Source: an uncultured Actinomycetota bacterium
GTDB taxonomy: Bacteria; Actinomycetota; Actinomycetes; Streptosporangiales; Streptosporangiaceae
Assembly (NCBI GenBank): GCA_963834665.1
Contig: CAWICK010000002.1
Location: 20,581 to 84,580, forward strand
Reading direction: 5' to 3'
DNA length: 64,000 nucleotides
The position numbers and the translations under genes were made by a program. The notes beneath the pieces are model-generated. The model worked only from the letters and a program-made list of their open reading frames with translations. It made no database searches and was not told the DNA's origin. Below, one piece after another: positions 46,899 to 56,411 of the stretch; position 1 is the first letter of the stretch; each line of letters starts with the position of its first letter.

Positions 46899-47819
46899 CT
46901 ACTCGGCGGGCGCCAGGGCCTCCAGGATTTCTACGGCCCGGGCGACCGCGGCCAGCGGCTCCGCGTCGGGCGACCCGATCTGCGGGTCCCAATTGAGGTC
47001 GTAGAAGACCTCGGTGATGCCGGTCTCGCCCAGCCAGGCGGTGTCCGCCTTGATCTGGTCGTAGTCCCCGGACAGTAGCAGGCGCTGTCCGTCGGCTCCC
47101 GCCACCGGCGTGCCCGCGCGAACAACTCCGCGGCAGATGAACCGCATCGCCTCGGCGTCACGGCCTGCCGTCGCGGCCGCGTCCTTGACGATCGAGATCA
47201 GGTCGCCGACGCGGGACAGGTCGGTCCGGCTTGAGGTAACCCAGCCGTCCGCGATCCGGCCGATCCGCTCCAGTGCCGGCTTGGCCATGCCGCCAAGCAG
47301 CACTGGCGGCCCGCCCGGCTGCACAGGCAGTGGCGCCTGCGTCCCCGCCGGAACCTGATAGAACTCGCCGCTGAACTCGGCTACGCCACCGGCCCATAGC
47401 GCTTTCAGCACCTGCACGTACTCCGCGGCCCGTGCCCCCCGCCGTGCCATGTCCGCCCCGGTCAGCGCGAACTCTTCCGGCATCCAGCCAATACCGAGTC
47501 CTAGATCATGCCGCCCGCCAGACAGCACGTCCACCGACGCGGCCTGTTTGGCCAGGTACCCCGGCGATACGTAAGGCAGGTTGATCACCGCCACGCCGAG
47601 CCGGATCCGGCTGGTGACCGCTGCGGCGAACGACAGCGCGGCCATCGGGTCGAGCACACTGTGATACACCGGCTCCATGCCCGATCCGACCGGGATCAGC
47701 AGCCGCTGGAAGGTCCAGAGCGAGCGATAGCGGGCCCGTTCAGCGGCCACGGCGAAGGAGGCTAGATTCTGCGGTGTGGCCCACGCGCCCGAGACCGGGG
47801 CGCCGAATCCGATGTCCAT
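46899..47819 (-). CDS. LLM-class F420-dependent oxidoreductase
   Basis: MDIGFGAPVSG...LGLGIGWMPEEF...VLLGGMA. Third LLM paralog in the window. Confidence 0.85.
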   Translation of the reverse strand: MDIGFGAPVSGAWATPQNLASFAVAAERARYRSLWTFQRLLIPVGSGMEPVYHSVLDPMAALSFAAAVTSRIRLGVAVINLPYVSPGYLAKQAASVDVLSGGRHDLGLGIGWMPEEFALTGADMARRGARAAEYVQVLKALWAGGVAEFSGEFYQVPAGTQAPLPVQPGGPPVLLGGMAKPALERIGRIADGWVTSSRTDLSRVGDLISIVKDAAATAGRDAEAMRFICRGVVRAGTPVAGADGQRLLLSGDYDQIKADTAWLGETGITEVFYDLNWDPQIGSPDAEPLAAVARAVEILEALAPAE

Positions 47820-47893
47820 TCTGCACACTGTAACCACCCTGGCCCGAGCCGCCCGACGGCCGAATATCCTGAACGATCACGTTCCGTAAATAA

Positions 47894-48700
47894 ATGGAGG
47901 CTCTAGTGGTGGCATCCGACCCGCGCACCTGGATCGCTACGCTGCGCGAATCGCACGACAAGCTAGCTGGCCTGGTACAGCCGATGACGCCAGAGCAGGT
48001 TCTCGCGCAGTCGTATTGCCGGGACTGGTCGGTCGCGCAGGTGCTGTCGCACCTGGGCAGCGGCGCGGAGATCGCGCTGATGATGCTGCCCGGTGCGCTC
48101 GGCGAGGCGGAGCCGGTGAGCCGCGACGCCTTCGGCCCGGTATGGGACCTGTGGAACGCCAAAAGCCCGGACGAGCAGGCCGCTGACGCACTCGAGATCG
48201 ATGAGAAGTACGTGGCGACGCTGGAGCAGCTCACCGACGAGCACCTGGCCGTGATGCGGCTGGACTTCGTCGGCATGCAACTCGACGCGGTCGGGGTGAT
48301 ACGGCTGCGGCTCGGCGAGCACGTGATGCACACGTGGGACGTCGCGGTGATGAAGGACCCGGCTGCGACGGTGCAGGCCGACGCGGTGGAGCTGCTGATC
48401 GACAACGTGCCGCAGTTCCTCGCGCCGCGATTGGGCAAGCCGCTGCCCGAGCCGTTCGCCGTGCGGATCACGACGACCGGACCGGACCGCGATTACCTGC
48501 TGACTTCCGGCGAGGCCGTCAGCATGACCGACTGGACAGGCGACGGCCCGGACGGCGCGGCTGTACCGCAGGTGAGCATGCCGGCCGAGGCGCTGCTGCG
48601 GCTGGCGTACGGGCGGCTCGACCCAGAGCACACCCCGGCGAGCGTGTCGGCCGATCCGGACACACTAGACAAACTGCGGACAATTTTCCCCGGCTTCTGA
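47894..48700 (+). CDS. Maleylpyruvate-isomerase-family, mycothiol-dependent enzyme (DinB-like N-terminus)
   Basis: 268 aa. ...SYCRDWSVAQVLSHLGSGAEI..., typical of the TIGR03083-like family. Confidence 0.75.
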   Translation: MEALVVASDPRTWIATLRESHDKLAGLVQPMTPEQVLAQSYCRDWSVAQVLSHLGSGAEIALMMLPGALGEAEPVSRDAFGPVWDLWNAKSPDEQAADALEIDEKYVATLEQLTDEHLAVMRLDFVGMQLDAVGVIRLRLGEHVMHTWDVAVMKDPAATVQADAVELLIDNVPQFLAPRLGKPLPEPFAVRITTTGPDRDYLLTSGEAVSMTDWTGDGPDGAAVPQVSMPAEALLRLAYGRLDPEHTPASVSADPDTLDKLRTIFPGF

Positions 48701-48751
48701 CGGCGGGGCCGCGTCGATGGAGGCCGGGTCCGGCTCCCGACTGGCTGGCCA

Positions 48752-48803
48752 AGACGTATGTGGCTCAGGTGTCGCGCGAACAACACCGCAGCCACATACG
48801 TCT
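48752..48803. terminator. Strong hairpin between convergent genes (14-bp perfect arms AGACGTATGTGGCT / AGCCACATACGTCT, 24-nt loop with an inner stem)
   Basis: Read directly. Candidate bidirectional terminator. Confidence 0.5.
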
Positions 48804-48827
48804 GCTCGTTGATCTTGGATGCGGGTT

Positions 48828-49800
48828 TCAGGCCAGCGCTGCGAGCGCGAGCTGCGCGGCGTCCTGCGCACAGCCCCAGGAGAGGGTAACCCCGGCGCCG
48901 CCGTGCCCGTAGTTGTGCACGATGGTGACCCCGCCGGCGTGCTCGGCCTCCAGCCGTACCGCGGAGCGAACCGGGCGCAGGCCGACCCGGTGCCCGAGCA
49001 CGGTCACTCCGCGCAGTTCCGGTCGGACCGCCGCGCACGCCGCCAGGATCCGTGCCGCGGTTGCCGGGTCGGGCTCGCGGCTCCAGTTGCCGGCCTCCTC
49101 GGTGCCGCCAAGCACGACGGTGTCGCCATGCGGGAACAGGTAGGTCAGGTCATCGTGCGCGGTGCCAGTGCCGACGAAGAACTCAGTGATGCCCGGATTG
49201 CTGGCCACCACGACTTGTCCGCGCACCGCGGTGACATCCGGATCCGGTACGAGGTCACGTGCGCCAGCGCCGGAGCAGTTGACGATCACGCGGGCGGACG
49301 GATGCTGGCGCGCCGCATCGTGAAGTGAGCTGAATATGGACGGGAACGGGGTCCCGCCTCCAGCCCGGCCGAGTCGGCGCTGCAGGTAGTCAAGGTAGCC
49401 GGGCATCGACACGACCGGCGCCGTCACCCGCCAGGCGGACCTGTATCCAGGCGGAATCTCAGTCGGCCCGCACACTGATCGCGTCGCGCCCGGCCGCGAG
49501 CTCAGGCGGCGCGATGGCCTCGTCTCGGTCGGCGGTGATCCCGCTGGCGAGGCGCACGATGCCGTTCTCGCCGAGTTCGGTCAGCCGGGCGAGAGTCACC
49601 TCCGCCCAGCGCGCGATCCGGTCGTCCATGCCGACCAGATGCGGGCCCCATACCGCGCCTGCCGCGACTGAGGTGGTCTGCGGCGGTAGCTCGGCGGCCG
49701 CAACGGCGACGTTCGATCCCGCCTCGGCCAGGCAGATCGCGGTGGACAGGCCGATGACTCCGGCCCCGATGACGAGTACGTCGGCATCCGTGGTCGTCAC
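48828..49800 (-). pseudogene. D-amino-acid oxidase-type FAD oxidoreductase, one frameshift near 49459-49475
   Basis: N-terminal ORF 49459..49800 (DVLVIGAGVIGLSTAICLAEAG) and C-terminal ORF 48828..49475 (...VHNYGHGGAGVTLSWGCA) lie in different frames. The 973-nt span is not a multiple of 3. Confidence 0.75.
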
Positions 49801-49860
49801 AGTCAGACCTTAGCTAGCCGGCTCGCGGTGGTGCGGGCGGCGGTGGTGCTTCAGGCGCGG

Positions 49861-50769
49861 TTAGATGCCCCTGGCCCGCAGCCACTCCCGGTTTGCGACC
49901 TGGTCAGCCGCGGGCCGTTCGGGCGGCTCGGCCGGGTCAGGGAAAATGTCCTGCTCCACGATCACCCAGCCGTCATAGCCGATCTCGGCGATCGCTGCCA
50001 GCACATCCTCCATGCCGACATCGCCCTGGCCGAGCGCGCAGAACGCGCGCCGCCGCCAGATCTCCTCTACCGGCGCCCGGTCCGCAACGATGCCAGCCAC
50101 GATCTCCCGGCGCGCGTCCTTCAGGTGCACGTGATTGATCCGTGCCCCCCAGTCACGCAGGCCCTGCGCTGGCTCGCCGCCGCCGACCAGCAAGTGGCCT
50201 GTGTCCAGGCACAGGCCGACGTCGGTCAGCTCGAGCAGCCGCTCGATCTCGCCGACGCCCTCGATGTAGGTGCCGGTGTGATGGTGGAAGGCCGGCTCGT
50301 AGCCGCGTTCCCGGCAGCGGTCGGCCGCGCGGGCGACGCCGTCGGCGAAGTGCCGCCAGCCGGCGTCGTCGAGACCGAGCTCCCGGTTGGTCCCGCCGCC
50401 GCCCGGCGCCGCGCGACGGGCAAGCGATCCGGCGTCGGCCAGCGTCGGCCGCGGCGGCGGCCCGTCCGGAGCCGCATCGAAGATGTCGAGCAGCGCGTCC
50501 AGATAGCCGATCTCAGCGCGGAGCGCGTCCGGGTCCGGGAACGGCAGCGGGACGTAGCCGCCGGCCAGTACCAGGCCGCGGGCCGGCCAGCCGGTCGTGC
50601 AGTTCGCGTCCGGCGCCGAGGTAACCGACCGGCCCGAGGTCGATGCCCTGGTAACCGGCATCCGCCACGTATCCAGCAGCGCCGCGCCGTCCGGCACGTT
50701 CGGGTCGACGCCGACTGTAACCTCGAATGCGCCGTAGCTGCACGGGGCGTTCGCGACGCTGATGGTCAT
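49861..50769 (-). CDS. Sugar phosphate isomerase/epimerase (xylose-isomerase-like TIM barrel)
   Basis: 302 aa intact ORF. ATGA overlap with the upstream Gfo/Idh/MocA reading frame. Confidence 0.8.
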   Translation of the reverse strand: MTISVANAPCSYGAFEVTVGVDPNVPDGAALLDTWRMPVTRASTSGRSVTSAPDANCTTGWPARGLVLAGGYVPLPFPDPDALRAEIGYLDALLDIFDAAPDGPPPRPTLADAGSLARRAAPGGGGTNRELGLDDAGWRHFADGVARAADRCRERGYEPAFHHHTGTYIEGVGEIERLLELTDVGLCLDTGHLLVGGGEPAQGLRDWGARINHVHLKDARREIVAGIVADRAPVEEIWRRRAFCALGQGDVGMEDVLAAIAEIGYDGWVIVEQDIFPDPAEPPERPAADQVANREWLRARGI

Positions 50770-51912
50770 GCTGCGGTCCGCCCGTCGCCGGCCGGCCAGC
50801 GGCCCAGTCCGGCAGCGCGCTCGGCAGGTCTACCGGCCGGCCGGTGATGTGCGACCGGGCGATCGCGTGCGCAGAGCGCGACGTCGTGCAGCCCCTCGAT
50901 GATGTCGGTGCGCGGCGCGCGGCGCGGCCTCGATGGCCGCCGCGAACTCGACTAGCTCGCGCTTGAAGGCCTCCTCGTACGAGACGATCTCAACGGTCCG
51001 GGCGGCGAACGGCGTGCCGTCCTGCCCGGTCTCGATCGTCAGCTGGCTCGGCATGTTGCGCAGGTACGGCGACGGCAGCGTCAGGGTGACCCGCCGGTCG
51101 AGCGCGTAGAACGCGAGCTCCTGCTTGTAGTGCGCCATGCCGGGCAGGTCGACCCAGGACACGTGCACCTCGGTAGCCGCCGAAGCCCAGGCTGATGTCG
51201 CAGACAGTCCGGCTAAGCCGGGCCTGGTGCACCCGGTCAGGCTCGCCGAGCACGCCGCGCAGCATGTTCAGCTCGTGCACCAGGTTGTCCAGCAGCATCC
51301 ACCGGTAGCAGTACCTGGCCTCGGCGTCGCCGTCGGGCAGCGCTGCGGCGAGCCGCTCGTCGTCGTCGGCACGCAGCGCGGCGAGTACGCCGGCTGGCGG
51401 CGGGCACCGGTCGATCATCGGGTACGCCTGGATGTACGGCTCGAAGGGCGATTCCAGCGTGGTCACCGCGACCAGCCGCAGATCCTGCAGTGGCATCAGC
51501 TCCGCAGCCGCTGGTAGGCCGGGTCGTAGCGCTTCATGTTGCCGACCATCAGCCGCACGCCGGCGTCGCGGGCCGCGGCGAACATCTCCCGGCCCTCGGC
51601 CAGGCTCAGGCACATCGGCTTCTCGACGAAGACGTGCGAGCCCGGCATTGGCGGCTGCGACCGCGATCGGCGCGTGGCTGCCGGAGGTCAGCACCATCAC
51701 GACGTCGAGCCGCTCGGCGACCAGGTCCTGCCAGGACGTGTGGACGGTCTTGACCTGGTAGCGGCTCGGCGCACGCCGCGGCCACTGGCTCGCTGACGTC
51801 GCACAGCGCGGCGATCTCGATAGCTGTCGGTCAGCTCCGCCAGGTGCGGCAGGTGCATGACCTGCGCGATCACGCCGCAGCCCACAACTCCGACTCTTAG
51901 CGGCAATGCCAT
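50766..51912 (-). pseudogene. Gfo/Idh/MocA-family oxidoreductase, at least 4-5 frame changes
   Basis: MALPLRVGVVGCGVIAQVMHLPHLAEL, then recognisable pieces in alternating frames (VVMVLTSGSHAPIAVAAANAG / MPLQDLRLVAVTTLESPFEPY...LLDNLVHELNMLRGVLGEP / VHVSWVDLPGMAHYKQELAFYALDRRVTLTLPSPYLRNMPSQL...EEAFKRELVEFAAAIEA / TDIIEGLHDVALCA). Confidence 0.75.
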
Positions 51913-51969
51913 GTCGGTGTACGTCCTTTCAGCTCGGCGCAAACGAGTGGCCGCGCGACAACGTCAGAG

Positions 51970-51989
51970 TAACGATTGCGCAACCGATT
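51970..51989. promoter_or_regulatory. 20-bp near-palindromic operator candidate TAACGATTGCGCAACCGATT (site 1)
   Basis: Read directly in the divergent intergenic region. Matches the reverse complement of site 2 at most positions. Confidence 0.5.
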
Positions 51990-52141
51990 CCTCGGACCTG
52001 TGCGGATGGTCGCATGATGAGGCCAACGACGTCAATGGTTGCTGGTCAGCGGCCAGTATGACCCGCCTGCCCGGGTTGCCGGACGGCTATTGACACCGCT
52101 GAGCACTGCTGAGAGCATTCGCACAAGCAGGAACCGTTTGC

Positions 52142-52161
52142 GCAATCGTTACCGGACCCGG
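52142..52161. promoter_or_regulatory. 20-bp near-palindromic operator candidate AACCGTTTGCGCAATCGTTA (site 2)
   Basis: Read directly, 76 nt upstream of the solute-binding protein start. Same TTGCGCAA-centred motif as site 1. Confidence 0.5.
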
Positions 52162-52236
52162 TCGGGTGCCATCCGCGCGCAGGTCGCGCAGGTCCCAGGC
52201 TCCGATCAGGAAGCGGATTTCCGTCATCGAAGGGAG

Positions 52237-53571
52237 ATGCGGATGCTCACTAAGCACAGGGCCGCGGCTGGCGCGTTGAGCCTGGTCGCGGCGGCCGGGC
52301 TGGCACTGTCCGGTTGCGGGAACTCAACGTCCACGGCCTCGTCCCCGACTGGCAAGGTAACGCTGACGTTCTGGGAGAACTACGGAACCCAGCTCAGCCT
52401 GCTCAACACCGCGAAGAACCTGATCCGGGCCTACGAGAAGCTGCACCCGAACGTCACCATCAAGATGGTCAGCCAGCCTGCCAACAACTACTTCGCGCTC
52501 CTTCAAGCCTCGGCAATCTCGCACACCGGCCCGGACCTGGCGGTGATGTGGACCGGGCTGTACCTGCCGCCGTACGCCGAGATCACTGGCAACGTGCGGC
52601 CCTACATCCCGCAGTCCGTGCTGAGCAACATCGAGGGCCTGCAGTGGGGCGCGCAGAACTTCGACGCGTCGAAGGCCATCCTGGCGATGCCCGTGGACGC
52701 CCAGTTCTACATGGGCTTCTACAACAAGAAAGACTTCGCCAAGGCCGGCATCAAGCAGGTCGCCGCAGGACTGGAGTCAGCTGTATGCGGCGTGCACCGC
52801 GCTCAAGAAGGTCGGCATCACGCCGATCGTCTACGGCAGCGCCAGCGCGTCGTACACCGGCGAGTTCAACCCCTGGTACGACTTCAGCTATCTGATGATC
52901 GGCTCGCTGAAGCCCGCGCAGTGGGCGGGCCTGTATAGCGGCACGATCGCCTGGACGCTCCCCGGTCGATCCAGGCGCAGCTCGCACACTGGCACCAGCT
53001 GTTCGTCAAGGGCTGCGTGAACACCGACGCGCTGACCGACTCCAACAACCTCGGCCAGTTCGTCTCCGGCAAGGCCGCGATGACCACCGACGACGGAAGC
53101 TGGGATGTCGGGCAGTTCACCCAGCAGATGGGCAGCAACGTCGGCGCGATGGTCCCGCCGTTCTCGACCACGCCGCAGCACGGCGTCGTCTACTTCCCCG
53201 GCGATGCCATCTCGGTTATGAAGGAGTCGCCGAACATCCCGGCCGCGGCCGAAGTTCCTCGCCTTCATGGACTCGCCCGCCGGCGCGGCCCAGATCGCCG
53301 CGGCAGGGCTGATCCCCGACATCAAGAACTATCACGTCAACGAACGCGCTGAACTCGCAGATGCTCGGCTTCGTGCAAGTCCGGCTACACCGTCTACCCG
53401 ATGCTCGACAACGTGACGCAGCCCGAGATCGTCAACGTCGGCTACCAGGTCCTGCCGGCCCTGCTTGTCGGTCAGACGAGCGTCGGCTCAGCGGTCGGGG
53501 CGATGGTAGCCAAGCACAACGAATTGCCCATCGCACACCGAAGCTCCTACGCGGCATACTTCGGCGTGATG
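52237..53571 (+). pseudogene. Carbohydrate ABC transporter substrate-binding lipoprotein, multiple frameshifts
   Basis: MRMLTKHRAAAGALSLVAAAGLALSGCGNS lipobox. Solute-binding sequence continues across at least 4 frames (..KAGIKQV / PQDWSQLYAACTALKKVGITPIVYG.. / ..QLAHWHQLFVKGCVNTDALTDSNNLGQFVSGKAAMTTDDGSWDVGQF.. / ..YPMLDNVTQPEIVNVGYQVLPALLVGQTS..). The 3' end is approximate. Confidence 0.7.
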
Positions 53572-53608
53572 AGCGGGAGCGGGCGGGCCGGGCGCATGCC
53601 CAGGACGA

Positions 53609-54524
53609 TGAGCATGCGCCCGGCCGCCCCTTCCGTCTGGCCGGCGGCGGTCCGCACCGGGCATGCCGGGCGGCGCGCGGGCCGGCTGGGTGCTCTCACT
53701 GCCCGCGCTGGCGGCGGTCGCCGCGCTGCTGGTGCTGCCGATCGGGCAGGCCTTCTACTACAGCATGACCACCTGGAACGGGATCACGAGTACATGGGTC
53801 GGGCCCGAGTGCCTACCTCCAGCTGTTCCAGGATCCGACGTTCCTGCGCGTGCTGGAGAACAACGGGCTGCTGCTGCTGGCGATGCCGGTAGTGATCGCC
53901 ATCCCGCTCGGCGATCGCGTTCCTGCTGCATGAGCAGATCTGGGGCTGGAAGTTCTTCCGTTCGGCGGTGTTCCTGCCCGACGGCCATCTCCTGGGTCGT
54001 GATCGGCGTCATCGCCGTGCGGTTCTACGCGCTGCACGGGATCCTCAACTCGATGCTGTCGGCCGTCGGGCTCGGCTTCATCAAGACCAACATGCTGGGC
54101 AGCACGCACCAGGCGCTGGCCGCGCTCGCGATCACGCTGATCTGGTCGCAGCTCGGCACCAACACGATCATCTTCATCACCGGCCTGGCCGCGCTCGATC
54201 CGAGCCTGGCCGAGGCCGCCCGGGTCGACGGCGCTGGCGCGCTGCGCGTCTACTGGCGGATCATCATCCCGCAGCTGATGCGGTTCATTCAGTTCGCCTT
54301 CATCATCACCGTGCTGACGGCGTTCACCGCGATCTTCAGCCTGATCTTCGTCATGACCGGCGGCGGCCCGGACTACGGTTCGACGACCCTGGAGTTCTAC
54401 GTCTACCAGCAGGCCTTCGGCCAGGCCGCGTTCGGCACCGGAGCGCTGCTCGGCGTCCTGCTGTTCGTGCTGGTGGCCGGCGATCAGCGTGCTGCAGGTG
54501 CGGATCTTGCGGGCGAAGACATGA
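53609..54524 (+). pseudogene. Carbohydrate ABC transporter permease (MalF/UgpA-like), multiple frameshifts
   Basis: GWVLSLPALAAVAALLVLPIGQAFYYSMTTWNG.../...LQLFQDPTFLRVLENNGLLLLAMPVVIAIPLG/...LDPSLAEAARVDGAGALRVYWRIIIPQL (EAA loop), read across several frames. ATGA overlap with the next permease. Confidence 0.7.
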
Positions 54525-55427
54525 CCGGGCAGGCCGAACTGACCGAGGCAGGCACGCAGCTGACGGCGCAGCAGCCGGGCACGGGCTCCTCCGGTGCGTC
54601 AGCCACGCGGCGGCGCCGGCCGCTGCGGCCAATGCGCGTCCTCTTGTTCGCCGACCATGGTCGCTGTCGCCGTGGTCATGCTGTACCCGTTGCTGTACAT
54701 CGCCATGACCTCGTTCAAGAGCCAGGTTCAGTACGAGCTCGGCGCGCGGCTTCTCGCTAGCGAGCTGGCGCATCCTGTTCGGCAGCCAGCCGGTCCTGCG
54801 CGAGCTGCTCAACTCGCTGATCGTGTCGTCGTGCGCCGGTTGCGCTGATCGTCGTCATCAGCACCGCGGCCGGCTTCGCCTTCGCGAAGATCCGCTACCG
54901 GGCCCGCGGCCTGGTGTTCGTCGCTGGTCGTGGCGTGCATGTTCGTGCCGCTGCCGTCGATCGTGATCCCGGAGTACATCAACGTCAGCCGGTTCGGCGT
55001 GCTGAACACCTACTGGGGCGCGATCGCGGTCTACGCGGCCCTCGGCATCCCGTTCTCGATCTTCCTGATGACGACGTACTTCCGCGGGCTGTCCGACGAG
55101 CTGATCGAGGCCGGCGTCGATCGACGGGGTGTCGCACTGGAAGATGTGGTGGCGGCTCGGCGTGCCGCTGGCCCGGCCGGCGATGTTCACCGTCGCCGTG
55201 CTGCAGTTCATCCAGATCTGGAACGACCTGCTCGTCGGCCTGCTGTTCTTGCAGAACACCAGCGACCGGACGGTGACCGTGGGCCTGGCCCTGCTGTCGT
55301 CAGGCCGGTTGACGAGCGTGCCGGTGCTGATGGCGGGCTCGGTGATGAGCGTCATCCCGCCGATCATCGTGTACCTGATCTTCCAGCGCCACCTGGTCGG
55401 GGCATCACGATGGGAATGGGCAGGTAA
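54521..55427 (+). pseudogene. Carbohydrate ABC transporter permease (MalG/UgpE-like), multiple frameshifts
   Basis: MVAVAVVMLYPLLYIAMTSFKSQ / ALIVVISTAAGFAFAKIRYRARG / ACMFVPLPSIVIPEYINVSRFGVLNTYWGAIAVYAALGIPFSIFLMTTYFRGLSDELIEAG / SHWKMWWRLGVPLARPAMFTVAVLQFIQIWNDLLVGLLF, in different frames. Confidence 0.7.
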
Positions 55428-55476
55428 CGGGGCCTGGCCTGCTGACAGCTAGCCGGTTACGCCGGGGCGCGGCCGA

Positions 55477-56162
55477 TCAGGTGGCGGTCCGTTCCCGCGG
55501 CCGGGCGGTCCTGTGCCATGATCGCACCTCGCCGATCCTTCTGCGCTGGCACGTGCCTGGCGAGCCGCCCGGCCACCGGCCGCGGACGGTGCTCCATTCT
55601 GAGGCGACGACAGAGTACATCGCCGAGTCCCGGAGAAGACCGTCCTCGCCCGGCGCCCATGACATCGACCAGTTGCGCAGCACGCCCTCGAAGGTAGCGC
55701 CGAGTGCCTCGATGGCACGTCGTGACCGCTCATTGCGGGCGTCGGTTTTGAGATCGACCCGCGCTACCCCGAGCTGGTCGAACGCATGGCTCATCAGCAG
55801 GAGCTTCGCCTCGGTGTTGATACCGAGGCCTGCGCGGAAGCGGCCAGCCAGGTGAAGCCGATCTCTATTGCGCGAAGATCGTCGCGGCCAGGCCAGAAAC
55901 GTGGATCCCAGAACGCCGTGCAGCCGACCGCCCGGCCATCCGCCCGCCGGATCTGCGCGAACGGAACCAGGCCCTGCCCGGCTCGCGCGAACTGCGCCGC
56001 CAGGTAGCCGGGGACTTCTTCAGCGCGGGGCACGAGCGTGAAGCCGTAGCTGGCGCGGTCTTCCGCCGCGGCGATAGCCAGGTCCGCCGCATGACTGGCG
56101 GCCAGCGGTTCAAGCCTGACGAGCAAACCTTCAAGTGCCGGTACATCGAACCATTGGGTCAT
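55477..56162 (-). pseudogene. GNAT (RimJ/RimL-type) N-acetyltransferase, one frameshift near 55795-55830
   Basis: ORF 55794..56162 (MTQWFDVPALEGLLVRLEPLAASHAADL...[13 protein letters not shown]) continues in ORF 55477..55794 ([41 protein letters not shown]...). Confidence 0.7.
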
Positions 56163-56376
56163 GGCGGCAGCTCCTCATCGATCCTGGCATTGGCACCTTG
56201 CCGAAGCAGGTTGCCGGACCGTCACAGGGCCAGGTCCCTCGGATCCTCTGGATGAACTCGTCGATACTGGCGGGCGGTTACTGCTGCCGTCAAGTCCATT
56301 CCCGCGCGGCCCTTATCGGCCGTTCGAGCGCTGCCACAACGACCGGTGCTGCCTTCTCTCATGTCGTCCAGGTGTC

Positions 56377-56405
56377 TTGACTAATATCTTGGTTTCCAGT
56401 ATATT
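56377..56405 (+). promoter_or_regulatory. Near-consensus promoter TTGACT-17 nt-TATATT, ending 6 nt before the padR ATG (implies a leaderless mRNA); the spacer holds an imperfect inverted repeat ATATCTTGG/CCAGTATAT
   Basis: Hexamers, spacing and distance to the ATG at 56412 read directly. Confidence 0.55.
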
Positions 56406-56411
56406 GCTGGC

